DNA from: Malacoraja senta
Taxonomy: Eukaryota
Assembly (NCBI GenBank): GCA_038087875.1
Contig: CM075987.1
Location: 26,476,001 to 26,540,000, forward strand
Direction: 5' to 3'
Length of the DNA: 64,000 nucleotides
Shown: positions 1-11,540 of the stretch, in pieces
How positions within the stretch are numbered: the stretch's first letter is position 1
Layout: the number at the start of each line of letters is the position of its first letter
Notes under the pieces: generated by a model
Told to the model about the DNA's origin: nothing
What the model saw: only the letters and a program-made list of their open reading frames with translations
Database searches by the model: none
Translations under genes and position numbers: made by a program

Positions 1-121
1 GCAGATGCTGGTTTATACCGAAGATAGACTCAAAATGCTGGAGTAACTCAGCCGCCTAGGCAGCATCTCTGGATAGAATGAATGGGTGGCGTTTTGGGTC
101 GAGACCCTTCTTCAGACTGAA

Positions 122-865
122 CTGAATGTTGCAGTTGTATAAAACGTTGGTGAGACCGCATTTAGAGTATTGTGTTCAGTTCTGGGCACCGTGTTATAAG
201 AAAGACGTTGTCAAGCTGGAAAGGGTGCAGAGACGATTTACAGTATGAGGATGTTGCCAGGACTAGAGGGTGTGAGCTACAGGGAGAGGTTGAGTAGAAT
301 CATAGAGCATAAAGTTATACAGTGTGAAAACAGGTCCTTCGGCCCATCTCGCCCACACTGCCCAACAATGTCCAAGCTACACTAGTCCCACTTGCCTGCG
401 CTTGGTCCATATCCCTCCGAACCTGGCCTATCCATGTAACTGTCCAACTAGGCTGAGACTCTATGCCTTGGAGCGCAGGAGGATGAGGGGTGATCTTATA
501 GATGTGTATAAAAGAATGTGAGGAATAGATCGGGTAGACGCACAGAGTCTCTTGCCCAGAGTAGGTGAATCAAGGACCAGAGGCCATCGGTTTCAGGTGA
601 AGGGGAAAAGATTTAATAGGAATCCGAGGGGTAACGTTTTCACACAAAGGGTGGTGGGTGTTTGGATCGAGCTGCCAGTGGAGGTAGTTGAGGTGGGGAC
701 TATTGCAATGTTGAAGAAACAGTTAGACAGTTAGGTACATGGATAGGACAGGTTTAGAGGGATAAGGACCAATAGGTGGGCCTAGTGTAGCTGGGACATG
801 TTGGCCGGTGTGGGAAAGTTGGGCCAAAGGGCCTTTTTCCACGCTGTATCACTCTATGACTCTAA
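122..865 (+). mobile_element. CR1/HER1-type LINE 3' fragment, with an inverted CR1 tail inserted at about 298-450
   Basis: ORF pieces LERRRMRGDLI and RTRGHRFQVKGKRFNRNPRGNVFTQRVVGVW, followed by the 3' tail GGGCCAAAGGGCC. Confidence 0.85.
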
Positions 866-1241
866 AGGGGCTTTCCCACTGCGGCGACCTAATTGGCGAG
901 TTTAGAAGAGTTTAGGAGAGTTTGAAAAAATGTTATGTAGAAAACTATCTACGACTACCTTCGACTAACTTCGAGTACCTTTGACTATCCTCGACTACCT
1001 ACGACTAACATGCCGACCTACTACGACCTACTTTGACTAAACCTACGAGTAAAAAAAGTATCGATTTTTTCCATGGCGACCTTTTTTTACTCGCGGACAT
1101 TTTTCAACATGTTGAAAAATACGCCGCGACCTAGCCGAGGCGTCAAGTACGCGGGGACTACTCTCGAGCATGAAGGAGAGTTACAAAGACCTCCTAGGAC
1201 CTCGTGTCGACCATGCTGCGAGTATGAGTTGAGGGCAAAGT
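866..1241 (+). mobile_element. Truncated PIF/Harbinger-type MITE (left end) with an internal ~10-bp CGACTACCTT-like tandem array
   Basis: Starts TAA-AGGGGCTTTCCCACT, similar to the AGGGCCTGTCCCACT TIR of the other MITEs here. Cut off by a CR1 fragment at about 1242. Confidence 0.6.
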
Positions 1242-1519
1242 CGGTCCTAGACTCTCCCACTAGTGGGAACATCCTCTCCACATCCACTCTATCAAGGCCT
1301 TTCACTATTCGGTAATTCTGAATAAGGTCCCCCCTCATCCTTCTAAACTCCAGCGAGTACAGGCCCAGTGCCGTCAAACGCTCATCATATGTTAACCCAC
1401 TCATTCCTGGGATCATCATATGTTAACCTACTCATTCCAGTTCACAGGGCGGACAATAGTACTCCAACAGAAAGAGTACAATAAGGGGACATGCAAGTTA
1501 TTAATTTGGCTTTAAGAAC

Positions 1520-1975
1520 AGGGCAGCACGATGGCGTAACGTTAGGGCCTTACAGCTCCAGAGACCCCGGTTCGATCCTGACTACGGGATCTGTACGGAG
1601 TTTGTACATTCTCCCCTTCGTGATAGAGCTCTTAAAAATAGCAGAGTCAGGGGATATGGGGAGAAGGCAGGAACGGGGTACTGATTGGGGATGATCAGCC
1701 ATGATCACATGGAATGGCGGTGCTGGCTCGAAGAGCCCAATGGCCTACTCCTGCACATATTGTCTATTGTCTATTGTGACCTGCGTGGGTTTTCTCCGAG
1801 ATCTTTGGTTTCCTCCCACACTCCAACTGGTTTGTAGGTCAATTGGATTGGTTATAAATGTAAAATTGTCCCTAGTGTGTGTAGGGTAGTGTTAGTGCGT
1901 GGGGATCGCTGCTCGGCGCAGACTCGGTGGGCCGAAGGGCCTGTTTCTGCGCTGTATCTCCAAACTAAACTAAAC
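1520..1975 (+). mobile_element. HE1-like tRNA-derived V-SINE, interrupted by a CR1 3' tail (about 1620-1775)
   Basis: tRNA-like head (GGTTCGATCC B-box), V-domain-like core, CR1-shared tail GGGCCGAAGGGCCTGTTTC and (TAAAC)n. Confidence 0.8.
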
Positions 1976-2760
1976 AGAAAAGCAGGTAATTGTCATATAA
2001 AACGTATATTCAAGACTGTTCAATACAAGTGATGGCTGAGACCAGAATGCCATACAACAAACACAGAAGGTTAGTATGCAGGCACAGCCAGCAAAGCTTG
2101 CTCATTTGAAACTATTGGTCAGATACACTTTTCTAAATCAGTATGCATGAAAATACTAATTACATGCAGTTGTGAACACTCAGTACACACTGCATCGGAA
2201 TCCAATTTACAGATGCATTAATCACAATAATGTAAGTCATCAAGTTCTTAATTACGACTGTACATTGTCTGAGTATTTCACATTGATTTCCAAAGTAAAA
2301 TTAAACCCAGTAATGGAGTAACTTTAACAATTGTCGAGCAGGGCTGAATTTACGAGCACAAATGTCAGAGGTGTAATTATCAGTCCATTAATTTATTGCT
2401 CATAGGTCACACCAATTATGGAGAACAAAGTTTTGCACTCCAAGGTAGACACAAAATGCCGGAGTAACTCAGCGGGTGAGGCAGCATCTCTGGAGAGGAG
2501 GAGGAGTCGACCCAAAACGTCGCCCATTCCTTCTCTCCAGAGATGCTGCCTCACCCGCTGAGTTGCTCCAGCATTTTGTGTCTGCCTTCGATTGAAACCA
2601 GCATCTGCAGTTCTTTCTTCCACATAAAGGTTTGCACTCTGTGTGAACAAGTTGGTGAAAGAATAGACATCTTCTGTAACCGCGACATCATGATTTCACT
2701 TCAATAACTGACCATTGGTGGTGTTGACATGGATCCAGCACCTACGCTTTCAAAAGTTCA

Positions 2761-4445
2761 AATTTTATATCTATTCCAGTCAATTCCGATATATTTACCA
2801 AAAATAAAAAAATAAATGTTTTTTAAACTGGATGCTGATATTACAAATTTTATATGGGACTATAAATCCCACAGAATCCAAAGATGACATCTGTGCAAAC
2901 CTAAAGAATCTGGCGGATTATCACTCCCTCATTTTTTATATTATTACTGGGCCACAAATGTCAAAAATATGATTCACCTGTTGGACAATTCGGCCCAGCA
3001 GGTGGATTGGATAGTAATGGAGAGAGAGGATTGTTCCCCTTTTAATATAGGAGCGATCCTTCTCTCACCAACAAAAATGAAGAATACAATATACAGTAAA
3101 AATCCAATTATTCATAGTACAATTAGAATTTGGAAACAAATAAAATTAACTTTAAAATTAAGAAATCAATCACTTCTCTCACCTATAATGAATAACCCTT
3201 CGTTTAAACCTTCTATGATAGATACATCTTTTACAAACTGGGATAGATTAGGAATTAAAACGTTTGGAGATATGTATGATAATGGAAGTTTTTTAACATT
3301 TCACCAACTACAACTTAAATATAACTTGAATAGTAATCAATATTTTAAATATTTTCAAATACGTGACTATTTGAAAAAATATACACGAGAATATCAAAAT
3401 ATGTCTCCAGACCTATTAGACGAGATAATGAATATAAAAGCGGAATCAGCTAATTTAATATCATACCTATATAATACCATTTTAAACATAGAAATTCCAT
3501 CATCTGATAGGATTAGAAGAGATTGGGAACAAGAACTAGCTATAAAAATCTCGAAAGAGAGTTGGGATAAACACCTGTTATATGTGCATAAATGCTCGAT
3601 TAACGTAAGACATACTCTAATTCAATTTAAAATTTTACATAGATTATACTATTCAAAAGCTAAATTAAGTAAATTTTACCCAAATACCTCTTCTATCTGT
3701 GATAAATGTCTAACCCAAGAAGCAAATATAGCACATTCTTTTGTTTTTTGTATAAAAATCCAAAATATTTTGGAATGAAATCTTTGAAATTTTCACGAAA
3801 TTATTCAAAATAAAACTGAAACCGAATGCAGAACTGATCATTTTTGGAACAATCGAAGCCAGTTTGGAGCTGACTTCGTTTCAAAGGAATTTTCTTAATT
3901 TTGGCTTAATAACGGCAAAAAAACTGATACTGAAATTTTGGAAAAACGCTCCCACACCAACGACAAAAATGTGGACTTCTAATATGTCGGAACTGTTACA
4001 TCTAGAAGATATGAGATTCCTCTTAGCAGGTAAACCAGACCAATTCTAAAAGATTTGGCCTCCATTTATCGACATTACAAATATAGGGTGCAACAAAATG
4101 TTGATAATAAATGGTTTCAGGACCTGGCGAGGGGTGAGTAAAGATATGAAGTAGGTACATCCCTTTTATATTGTCCTATCTTATCTTACCTTTTCTCTTT
4201 TCTTTTTCCTGCTCTTGGTTTTTCCCTTTTTTTAAAACTATTTCTTGTGGTTTAGGTCCATATGGGTGTTCCTGGACAACTCTTTCAATCACTCACTTAC
4301 TATCTTTACTAACTCTTTCTATCCTTTTCTCTTATTAAAGTTTAAAATAAGAAGTGGTACAAGAAAAGTATAAACTTATGTTTATTAGAGATCACTGTAA
4401 TGTACAATACTTCTAATTAAAAAATAAAAAATACAAATAGAAATA
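2761..4445 (+). mobile_element. 5'-truncated L1-clade LINE (ORF2 C-terminus, 3' UTR, A-rich tail)
   Basis: ORF 2969-3778 contains QFKILHRLYYS and a CDKC..H..C zinc motif typical of L1 ORF2. Pyrimidine-rich UTR and A tail. TSD AAAAGTTCA at 2752-2760 and 4446-4454. Confidence 0.88.
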
Positions 4446-4460
4446 AAAAGTTCATTTCCC

Positions 4461-5110
4461 TAAGTTGTAGGAGCAGAATTAGGCCATTCGGCCCATCAAG
4501 TCTCATCTGCCATTCGATCATGGCCGATCTATCTCTCCCTCTCAACCCCATTCTCCTGCCTTCTCCCCGTAAACTCTGACGCCCGCACTGATCAAGAATC
4601 TGTCAATCTCCGCCTTAAAAATATCCAGTGACTTGGCCTCCACAGCCTTCTGTGGCAATGAATTCCACAGATTCACCACCCTCTGACTAAAGAAATTCCT
4701 TTTAGGTCCTAGAAATTCCTCTGGTCTTTGACTCTCCCACTAGTGGAAACATCCTTTCCACATATATACTCCATCCAGGCTTTTTGTTTTTCAATGAAGT
4801 TCCCCCTCATCCTTCTGAACTCCAGCGAGTACAGGCCCAGTGCAGTCAAACGCTCATCATATGTATGAATGAATGATTGAATGAATAAGTTTATATGCCA
4901 AGTATGTACACATACAAGCAATTTGCCTTGGTGCTCCGCTCGCAAGTAACAACAGGACATACAGTAGACAATTAAGAATGACACATAAAACATTAAACAT
5001 TGTGAACCCAATCATTCCTGGGATCGTTCTTATAAACCTCATCTAGACCCTGTCCAACACCAGCACATCCTTCCTCAGATATGGGGCCCAAAATGGTTCA
5101 CAATACTCAA
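4461..5110 (-). mobile_element. CR1 LINE 3' fragment
   Basis: YDERLTALGLYSLEFRRMRG on the minus strand plus the CR1 tail. Confidence 0.8.
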
Positions 5111-5194
5111 GAGAGTACCTCAAGAGAGTCAAGAGTGTGTTATTGTCGTATGTCCCGAAAAGGAACAATGAAATTCTTACATGCAGCAGCATCG

Positions 5195-5502
5195 TCATTT
5201 AGTTTATAGATACAGCATAGAAACAGGCCCTTCGGCCCACCGAGTTTGTGCCGACCAGTGATCCCCGCACATTAACACTATCCTACACACACAAGGGACA
5301 ATTTACATTTATACCAAACCAATTAACTTACAAAGCTGTGAATCTTTGGAGTGTGGGAGGAAACCAGGGATCCCGGAGAAAACCCACACAGGCCACGGGG
5401 AGAACGTACAAACTCCGTACATACAGCACCCGTAGACAGGATCGAACCCGGGTCTCTGACGCTGTGAGGTACTAACTCTACTGCTGCGCCACCGTGTTGC
5501 CC
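5195..5502 (-). mobile_element. HE1-like SINE
   Basis: Full head-to-tail copy, reverse complement. Confidence 0.85.
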
Positions 5503-5865
5503 AATCCATCAGGATTGTCCTGGAATCTCCAAGAGTTCAAGATTAACCATTAATTATTACAGGAATACGGGGGAAGGAATCACAAGAGAACAAAGAGTAT
5601 ATTTTCTTTCTTTGTCTTGAAAAACATGTTTTGCTCCATTGCTTGTTCTTCATAATCATAAAGATTAAAATGTTTTTTTCTCCAAACGCGTCTGTGAGAA
5701 TTCTCTAGCTCGTCGCCTCCAGCAATGCATCAATTCAGCATGAGAAGCCATGCACTATTTGGTTGGTTACCAAGACCATCAATAATTTAATTTTCATTGT
5801 TCCAAATGAAACATTGTCCCCTGTCTGTGATGTAAGGTCTGTGATGTAAGGTCTGTGATGTAAGG

Positions 5866-6515
5866 TTGGCCTTCATAGCAAGAGGATTTGAGTATAGGAG
5901 CAGGGAGGTTCTACTGCAGTTGTACAGGGTCTTGGTGAGACCACACCTGGAGTATTGCGTACAGTTTTGGTCTCCAAATCTGAGGAAGGACATTATAGCC
6001 ATAGAGGGAGTGCAGAGAAGGTTCACCAGACTGATTCCTGGGATGTCAGGACTTTCATATGAAGAAAGACTGGATAGACTTGGCTTATACTCGCTAGAAT
6101 TTAGGAGATTGAGAGGGGATCTTATAGAAACGTACAAAATTCTTATGGGGTTGGACAGGCTAGATGCAGGAAGATTGTTCCCGATGTTGGGGAAGTCCAG
6201 GACAAGGGGTCACAGCTTAAGGATAAGGGGGAAATCCTTTAAGACTGAGATGAGGAAAAACTTTTTCACACAGAGAGTGGTGAATCTCTGGAACTCTCTG
6301 CCACAGAGGGTAGTTGAGGCCAGTTCATTGGCTATATTTAAGAGGGAGTTAGATGTGGCCCTTGTGGCTAAAGGGATCAGGGGGTATGGAGAGAAGGCAG
6401 GTACGGGATACTGAGTTGGATGATCAGCCATGATCATATTGAATGGCGGTGCAGGCTCGAAGGGCCGAATGGCCTACTCCCGCACCTATTTACTATGTAT
6501 CTATGTATCTATGTA
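5866..6515 (+). mobile_element. Young CR1 LINE 3' fragment (RT C-terminus, intact 182-aa frame)
   Basis: [19 protein letters not shown]...RGDLIETYK...FFTQRVVNLWNSLP, ending in a (CTATGTAT)n tail. Confidence 0.92.
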
Positions 6516-6890
6516 AAATATGCAGATGTTAAACTTTTTCTGAGTGTCACAACACAAGTTGTGATCCCATAGACTGCCCCACAATCACTTTAAAGACATG
6601 GTTTGCTGTCAAATGCACATCCAGAATTTTTTTTAATCAATCTCTTCCAAGGAATGGATGTGCAGGTTTGGAGGTTAATTGACTTGGTTGTCCCCTGTGT
6701 GTGTAAGATAGCGTTAATGTGTGGGCATTGCTGGTCGGTGTGGACTAAGTGGGCTGAAGGGCCTGTTTCTGTGGTGTATCTGAAAGACGAAAACAAAAAA
6801 AACTAAAAGCCCAGCCTATCAGGTCCATCAAGTCCCCCTAATCCATAATCAGTCTGAAGAAGGGTCTCGACCCGAAACGTCACCCATTCC

Positions 6891-7405
6891 TGCCAACATG
6901 TCCCATCTACACTAGTCCCACTTGCCTGCATTTGTTCCATATTCCTCCAAACCAGTCCTATCCATGTACCTGTCTAACTGTTTCTTAAACGTTGTCTCAA
7001 CTACTTCCTCTGGCAGCTCGTTCCATACACCCACCACCCTTTGTGTGGAAATGTTACCCCTCAGATTCCTATTGAATCTTTTCCCCTTCATCATAAACCT
7101 ATGTCTTTTGGTCCTCGATTCACCTACTCTGGGCAAGAACCTGTGCATCTACCCGATCTATTTCTCTCGTGATTTTATACACTTCTACAAGATCACTCCT
7201 CATCCTCCTGCACTCCAAGGAATAGATTGCCAGCTTATTCAACCTCTCCCTATAGCTCAGACCTTCTAATCCTGCGAATCTTCTCTGTACCCTTTCCAGC
7301 TTGACAACATCTTTCCTATAACATGATGCCCAGAACTGAACACAATATTCTAAATATGGCCTCACCAACGTCTTATACAAGTGCAACATGACCTCCCAAC
7401 TTCTA
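6891..7405 (-). mobile_element. CR1 LINE 3' fragment
   Basis: [17 protein letters not shown] on the minus strand. Confidence 0.8.
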
Positions 7406-7421
7406 GTTGAACCAAAGGGCC

Positions 7422-8183
7422 TGTTAATCCTGGCCAAATTGGAGAAGATAGGACCCCAAAATTGAGTAAAGGCTTCTGGGCGGCTAGGCCATTTGGCCAA
7501 TTTAAAAGTGCTTTCTGTAGAAATGGGACAAGCTGCAGAATGGTGCCAGTTTGTCTAGAGCCTAGATCAGAGCTGCAGGAAGAGAATGGGAGCATCTGCA
7601 GACCCTGACAATTAGGTGCAAAATGCATAGAATGGATTGGATGAATGCAAACCAGACATACACATTGTAAATAATGTTGCAAAGCTTTACTTAGCTGAAT
7701 GTTGATTGGATTAAGTATTGAGCCTTGTCTGGTTTCCTTGCATATCAGGGCACATGTTGCAATGTTCGTTTCCTCTGCGAAACACTGTTTGAATACAATG
7801 TATTAGCCACTGTATTGTTGGGTTAGGGAAATGTCTGTCATGTACGTGGTTAATTGATATCTGTAATTGGATGGTAAAGAGACCACCTCCATGTGGTTCG
7901 GCCCTCGAGGTCCGGGGACCTATAAAAGTCCGCTGCCGCGAGTCCCCGCGTCGATCTTCTGGGAGAGCGCTTGGGACTGCGTGACCTTCTGGAGTGTCTC
8001 TGTTTAAGCGAGGCCTAGAGGGCTTGATCAGGCAGATACGAGGATCGAACCCGCGGTGGTTAGGTACAGTATTTGGAACTGTAATTGTGTTTTGTCAAAA
8101 TAAAGTTTAGATGCGCAAGTGCTTGATTCAGTGGTTTTTGACTGAAACTAGACTGGGGTGAAGCTTAGAACGAGCTATTTACA
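7422..8183 (+). mobile_element. Solo LTR (762 bp)
   Basis: TGT...ACA termini, 4-bp TSD GGCC (7418-7421 and 8184-8187), TATAAAA at 7921, AATAAA near 8099. A second copy lies at 47084-47814. Confidence 0.88.
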
Positions 8184-8204
8184 GGCCTGTATCTGTGCTG
8201 TGTG

Positions 8205-8371
8205 ACTCTGTGTCTCTGTATCTCAGTGTCTCTCTGCGTCTCTGACTGTAACTCTATGTCTCTGCGTCTCTGTGACTGTGTCTCTGTGTCTCTCTCTGTG
8301 TCTCTGTCTGTGTCACTCTGTCTCTGTATCTCTGACTAACTCCGTCTCTGTGTCTCTGTCTCTGTGTCTCT
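8205..8371. repeat. Degenerate (TGTCTC)n simple repeat
   Basis: Seen directly. Confidence 0.8.
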
Positions 8372-8827
8372 TGCATGATCGACACCTTTCTACACGATCT
8401 ATTCTGCCCCTTGGAATGCACATTCCTGTCATTTGACTCAAAGCAATTAAATTGCAAGTGAAAAATGTATTCTTGTTCATCAAGCAAAAATACCGTCAAC
8501 CTTTTCTCAAGCTAACTTTTGCACAAGGAACAGACAAGAACTGACTGCGTATTCCACACAAGATTGGGTCCAACGCCATCTAATGGTCAAGTTGGCATTG
8601 CAGTTTCTTGCAACGTGAATGTGAAAATGATTTGTGAATTCGAAATATTGTTTATGCCTTGTCGAGTTCCATCATTGTATCTGAATTTAAAGAGGGGTCA
8701 GGAACTCAAACCTTGACACATCAGGTGCAAGATAGTTTTACATTTTAAGTGGAGGATCTGCTGTACACAGCTACATTTATTAAGCAGAAGAAGAAATGTG
8801 CAGGGGATGACCATTGTATTACTATTG

Positions 8828-9116
8828 GTAGATAAAAATGCTGGAGAAACTCAGCGGGTGAGGCAGCATCTATGGAGCGAAGGAATAGGTCTCGACCCGA
8901 AACGTCACCTATTCCTTCGCTCCATAGATGCTGCCTCACCCGCTGAGTTTCTCCAGCATTTTTATCTACCTTTGATTTTTCCAGCATCTGCAGTTCCTTC
9001 TTAAACATTGTATTACTGTTGGTACACAAAAATGCTGGAGAAACTCAGTGGGTGCAGCAGCATCTATGGAGCGAAGGAAATAGGCAACGTTTCGGGCCGA
9101 AACCCTTCTTCAGACT
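8828..9116. mobile_element. Penelope-derived short repeats: a fold-back copy (8828-9005) and a minus-strand copy with a hammerhead-like core (9084-9115)
   Basis: AAAAATGCTGGAGAAACTCAGCGGG and its reverse complement flank a central CCCGAAACGTC. The minus strand reads GTCTGAAGAAGGGTTTCGGCCCGAAACGTTGC. Confidence 0.7.
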
Positions 9117-10021
9117 GTTGTTTAGTTTCATTTAGTTTAGAGATACAGCGCGGAAACTGGCCCTTTGGCCACCGAGTCCACGCCGACCACCGATCCCTGC
9201 ACACTAGCACGATCCTACACACACCAGGGACAATTTACAATTCATAACAAATGAAAGGTCATCTCATGGACCTCTCGACTGAAGTACTGATGTCTGAAGG
9301 AAGTGTCCACTGCACACGGTTGTCTACTGAAGCTGCATCTAGCCAAAAGGTAAAGCAAAATGCTGACTGACATTCGTTTGGTTTAGAGATACAGCGCGGA
9401 AACAGGCCCTTCAGCCCACCGAGTCCGCGCCGACCAGCAATCCCTGCATGCTCGTCAACTGACACTGCTTCTAACCAAAACAAAATGCTTACTGACTTCA
9501 GGCAAGATGTTTGGTGGCAAAATCAACTTTGATGGTGGAAAAATCATAGGGGGACCCTGCGTGGGAGGGGGGGGGAGAATTAAGAGGGACCCCGTGTGGG
9601 GGGGGGTTAAAAAGAAGGTATGAGTACTCTTTGTAACTTTGTTGGCGTGTGGTTGTACCAAACGCGGGCAGGTGGGACTAGTGCAGCTAGGACATGTTGG
9701 TCAGTATGGGCAGGTTGGGCCGAAGGGCCTGTTTCCACGCTGTATCACTCTATGACTCTCAGACTATGACTCTTTTTTGGACTTTGTGTGCAAAAACAAA
9801 GATTATCACTTCACCAAGCTAAGTTCAAGTGACAACAAGATATCCACATCTTCAACCTCAACAGCAGCTAACCCTGCCATTTGAACAAAGGGTCTGAAGA
9901 GGTGTTTAAGAAAGAACCGCAGATGCTGGTTAAATCGAGGGTAGGCACAAAATGCTGGAGTAACTCGGCGGGTGAGGCTGAGTTAGCCCGCTGAGTTACT
10001 CCAGCATTTTGTGTCCACCTA

Positions 10022-10420
10022 CAATAGACAATAGGTGCAGGAGTAGGCCATTCGGCCCTTCGAGCCAGCACCGCCATTCAATGTGATCATGGCTGATCAT
10101 CCCCAATCAGTACCCCGTTCCTGCCTTCTCCCCATATCCCCTGATTCCACTATCTTTAAGAGCCCTGTCCAGCTCTCTCTTGAAAGTATCCAGAGAACCT
10201 GCCTCCACCACCCTCTGAGGCAGAGAATTCCACACACTCACAACTCTCTGTGAGAAAAAGTGTTCCTCGTCTCCGTTCTAAATGGCTTACCCATATTCTT
10301 AAACTGTGGCCCCTGGTTCTGGACTCCCCCAACAATCAGGAACACGTTTCCTGCCTCTAGTGTGTCCAAACCTTTAATAATCTTTTATGTTTCAATGAGA
10401 AACCCTCTCATCCTTCTCAA
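10022..10420 (-). mobile_element. CR1 LINE 3' fragment
   Basis: Reverse complement of the CR1 tail (CTATTGT repeats) and the RT C-terminus. Confidence 0.8.
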
Positions 10421-10791
10421 CTTCTCATCCATCGGTATGAAGAGGTGTATCTGTCGTCAAAAAAAAATGTTTTTCCTTGCAAAGATAAAAATAATGAGAT
10501 TATTTTCCTACGATCTCCACAATACATCATACAAGTAACACACACATGTATAGTGGCATTAATCCTCCTTGAAATAATAATGCATTGTCGAATTTTTCCA
10601 TCATCAGCAAGTGAACACAATTGCACAGAATAGTCGGGTCTATTGCACAGGCTGTTTTGCTGGAATAATTTCTGCTTTCTACATTTGCTGCTAAACGCCT
10701 TTTTGCAAAAATCAGCGTTATTATTGTCATCTCCACTCGACAAAAGCGGACCGCGCGCGTTCAAAGCGACGGATGAAATTGTAATCATTAC

Positions 10792-11009
10792 CTATATATT
10801 TTATTATCTTGTTGTGTATCCTTGACGATATCTTTCCACAAAGGATAAATATCCCCTCGAATTGTGGAATGGACCCCGGTCCGATATAAGCCAATCAAAC
10901 TGCTTAGTGACATGATTCTGGGCAGCTGCAGGATTCTGGCGGAAGGTTTTACTGTTATATGGTCCCATATAAACAGCAGGTAGATGAATTCAATTAACCT
11001 CCAGTTCAT
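10792..11009 (-). CDS. BRINP1: BRINP1 (DBC1/FAM5A) first coding exon, coding part (218 nt), containing a compensating -1/+1 indel pair
   Basis: The ATG frame starts [23 protein letters not shown] and ends KIY(R). An offset frame (10938-10807) reads [44 protein letters not shown]. Together they match the BRINP1 N-terminus as I recall it ([73 protein letters not shown]). Donor AG|GTAATG at 10792/10791. Confidence 0.93.
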
Positions 11010-11048
11010 GCTTTTCTTTCAGCCACTTTCTGTTCATTCTTGCTCCAT
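10990..11048 (-). promoter_or_regulatory. Two upstream ORFs in the BRINP1 leader: MEQE* (11048-11034) and [15 protein letters not shown] (11037-10990, overlapping the main ATG out of frame)
   Basis: Read directly from the minus strand: AACATGGAGCAAGAATGAACAG...AAGCATGAAC. Regulatory function is inferred. Confidence 0.5.
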
Positions 11049-11059
11049 GTTGCGGGGTC
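11010..11059 (-). other. BRINP1: 5' UTR part (50 nt) of the BRINP1 first coding exon
   Basis: The minus strand has a polypyrimidine tract and acceptor CTCTCCTTGTTTCCCCTCTAG|GACCCC (AG at 11061-11060), 50 nt upstream of the ATG. Confidence 0.75.
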
Positions 11060-11189
11060 CTAGAGGGGAAACAAGGAGAGGTTTCGTTACAACACGACTC
11101 ACTGAGTACGCGACAGAATCCATTGTTAGACACAAATAGATGGAGTAACTCAGCGGGACAGGCAGCATCTCTGGAGAGAAGGAACGTCC

Positions 11190-11540
11190 CTGATAGGACA
11201 ATGAAATTCTTGCTTTGCTTTAGCACACCAGAACATAGTAGGCACAAATACACAACAGATCAGTGTATCCATATACCATTGTATAAATATATACACACAT
11301 GAATAAATAAACTGATAAAGTACCCAAATAAACAGATTATTGGCTATCAATGTTCAGAGTTTTGTCCGAGCCGAGTTTAATAGCCTGATGGCTGTGGGGA
11401 AGCAGCTGTTCCTGAACCTGGTCGTTGCAGTCTTCAGGCCCCTGTACCTTCTACCTGAAGGTAGCTGGGAGATGAGTGTGTGGCCCGGATGGTGTGGGTC
11501 CTTGATGATACTGCCAGCCTTTTTGAGGCAGCGACACAAA
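11190..11540 (-). mobile_element. Rex1/Babar LINE 3' fragment
   Basis: KKAGSIIKDPHHPGHTLISQLPSGRRYRGLKTATTRFRNSCFPTAIRLLN, a typical Rex1/Babar C-terminus. Confidence 0.8.

Noticed and set aside
1..10790. Next BRINP1 coding exon (expected to begin EFARWKV...)
   Set aside because: Not found by eye on the minus strand; it probably lies beyond the start of the window.
10788..11009. The 73-aa ORF taken as a stand-alone small protein
   Set aside because: Its stop codon lies inside the GTAA splice donor. It is a spliced BRINP1 exon whose middle is frame-shifted.
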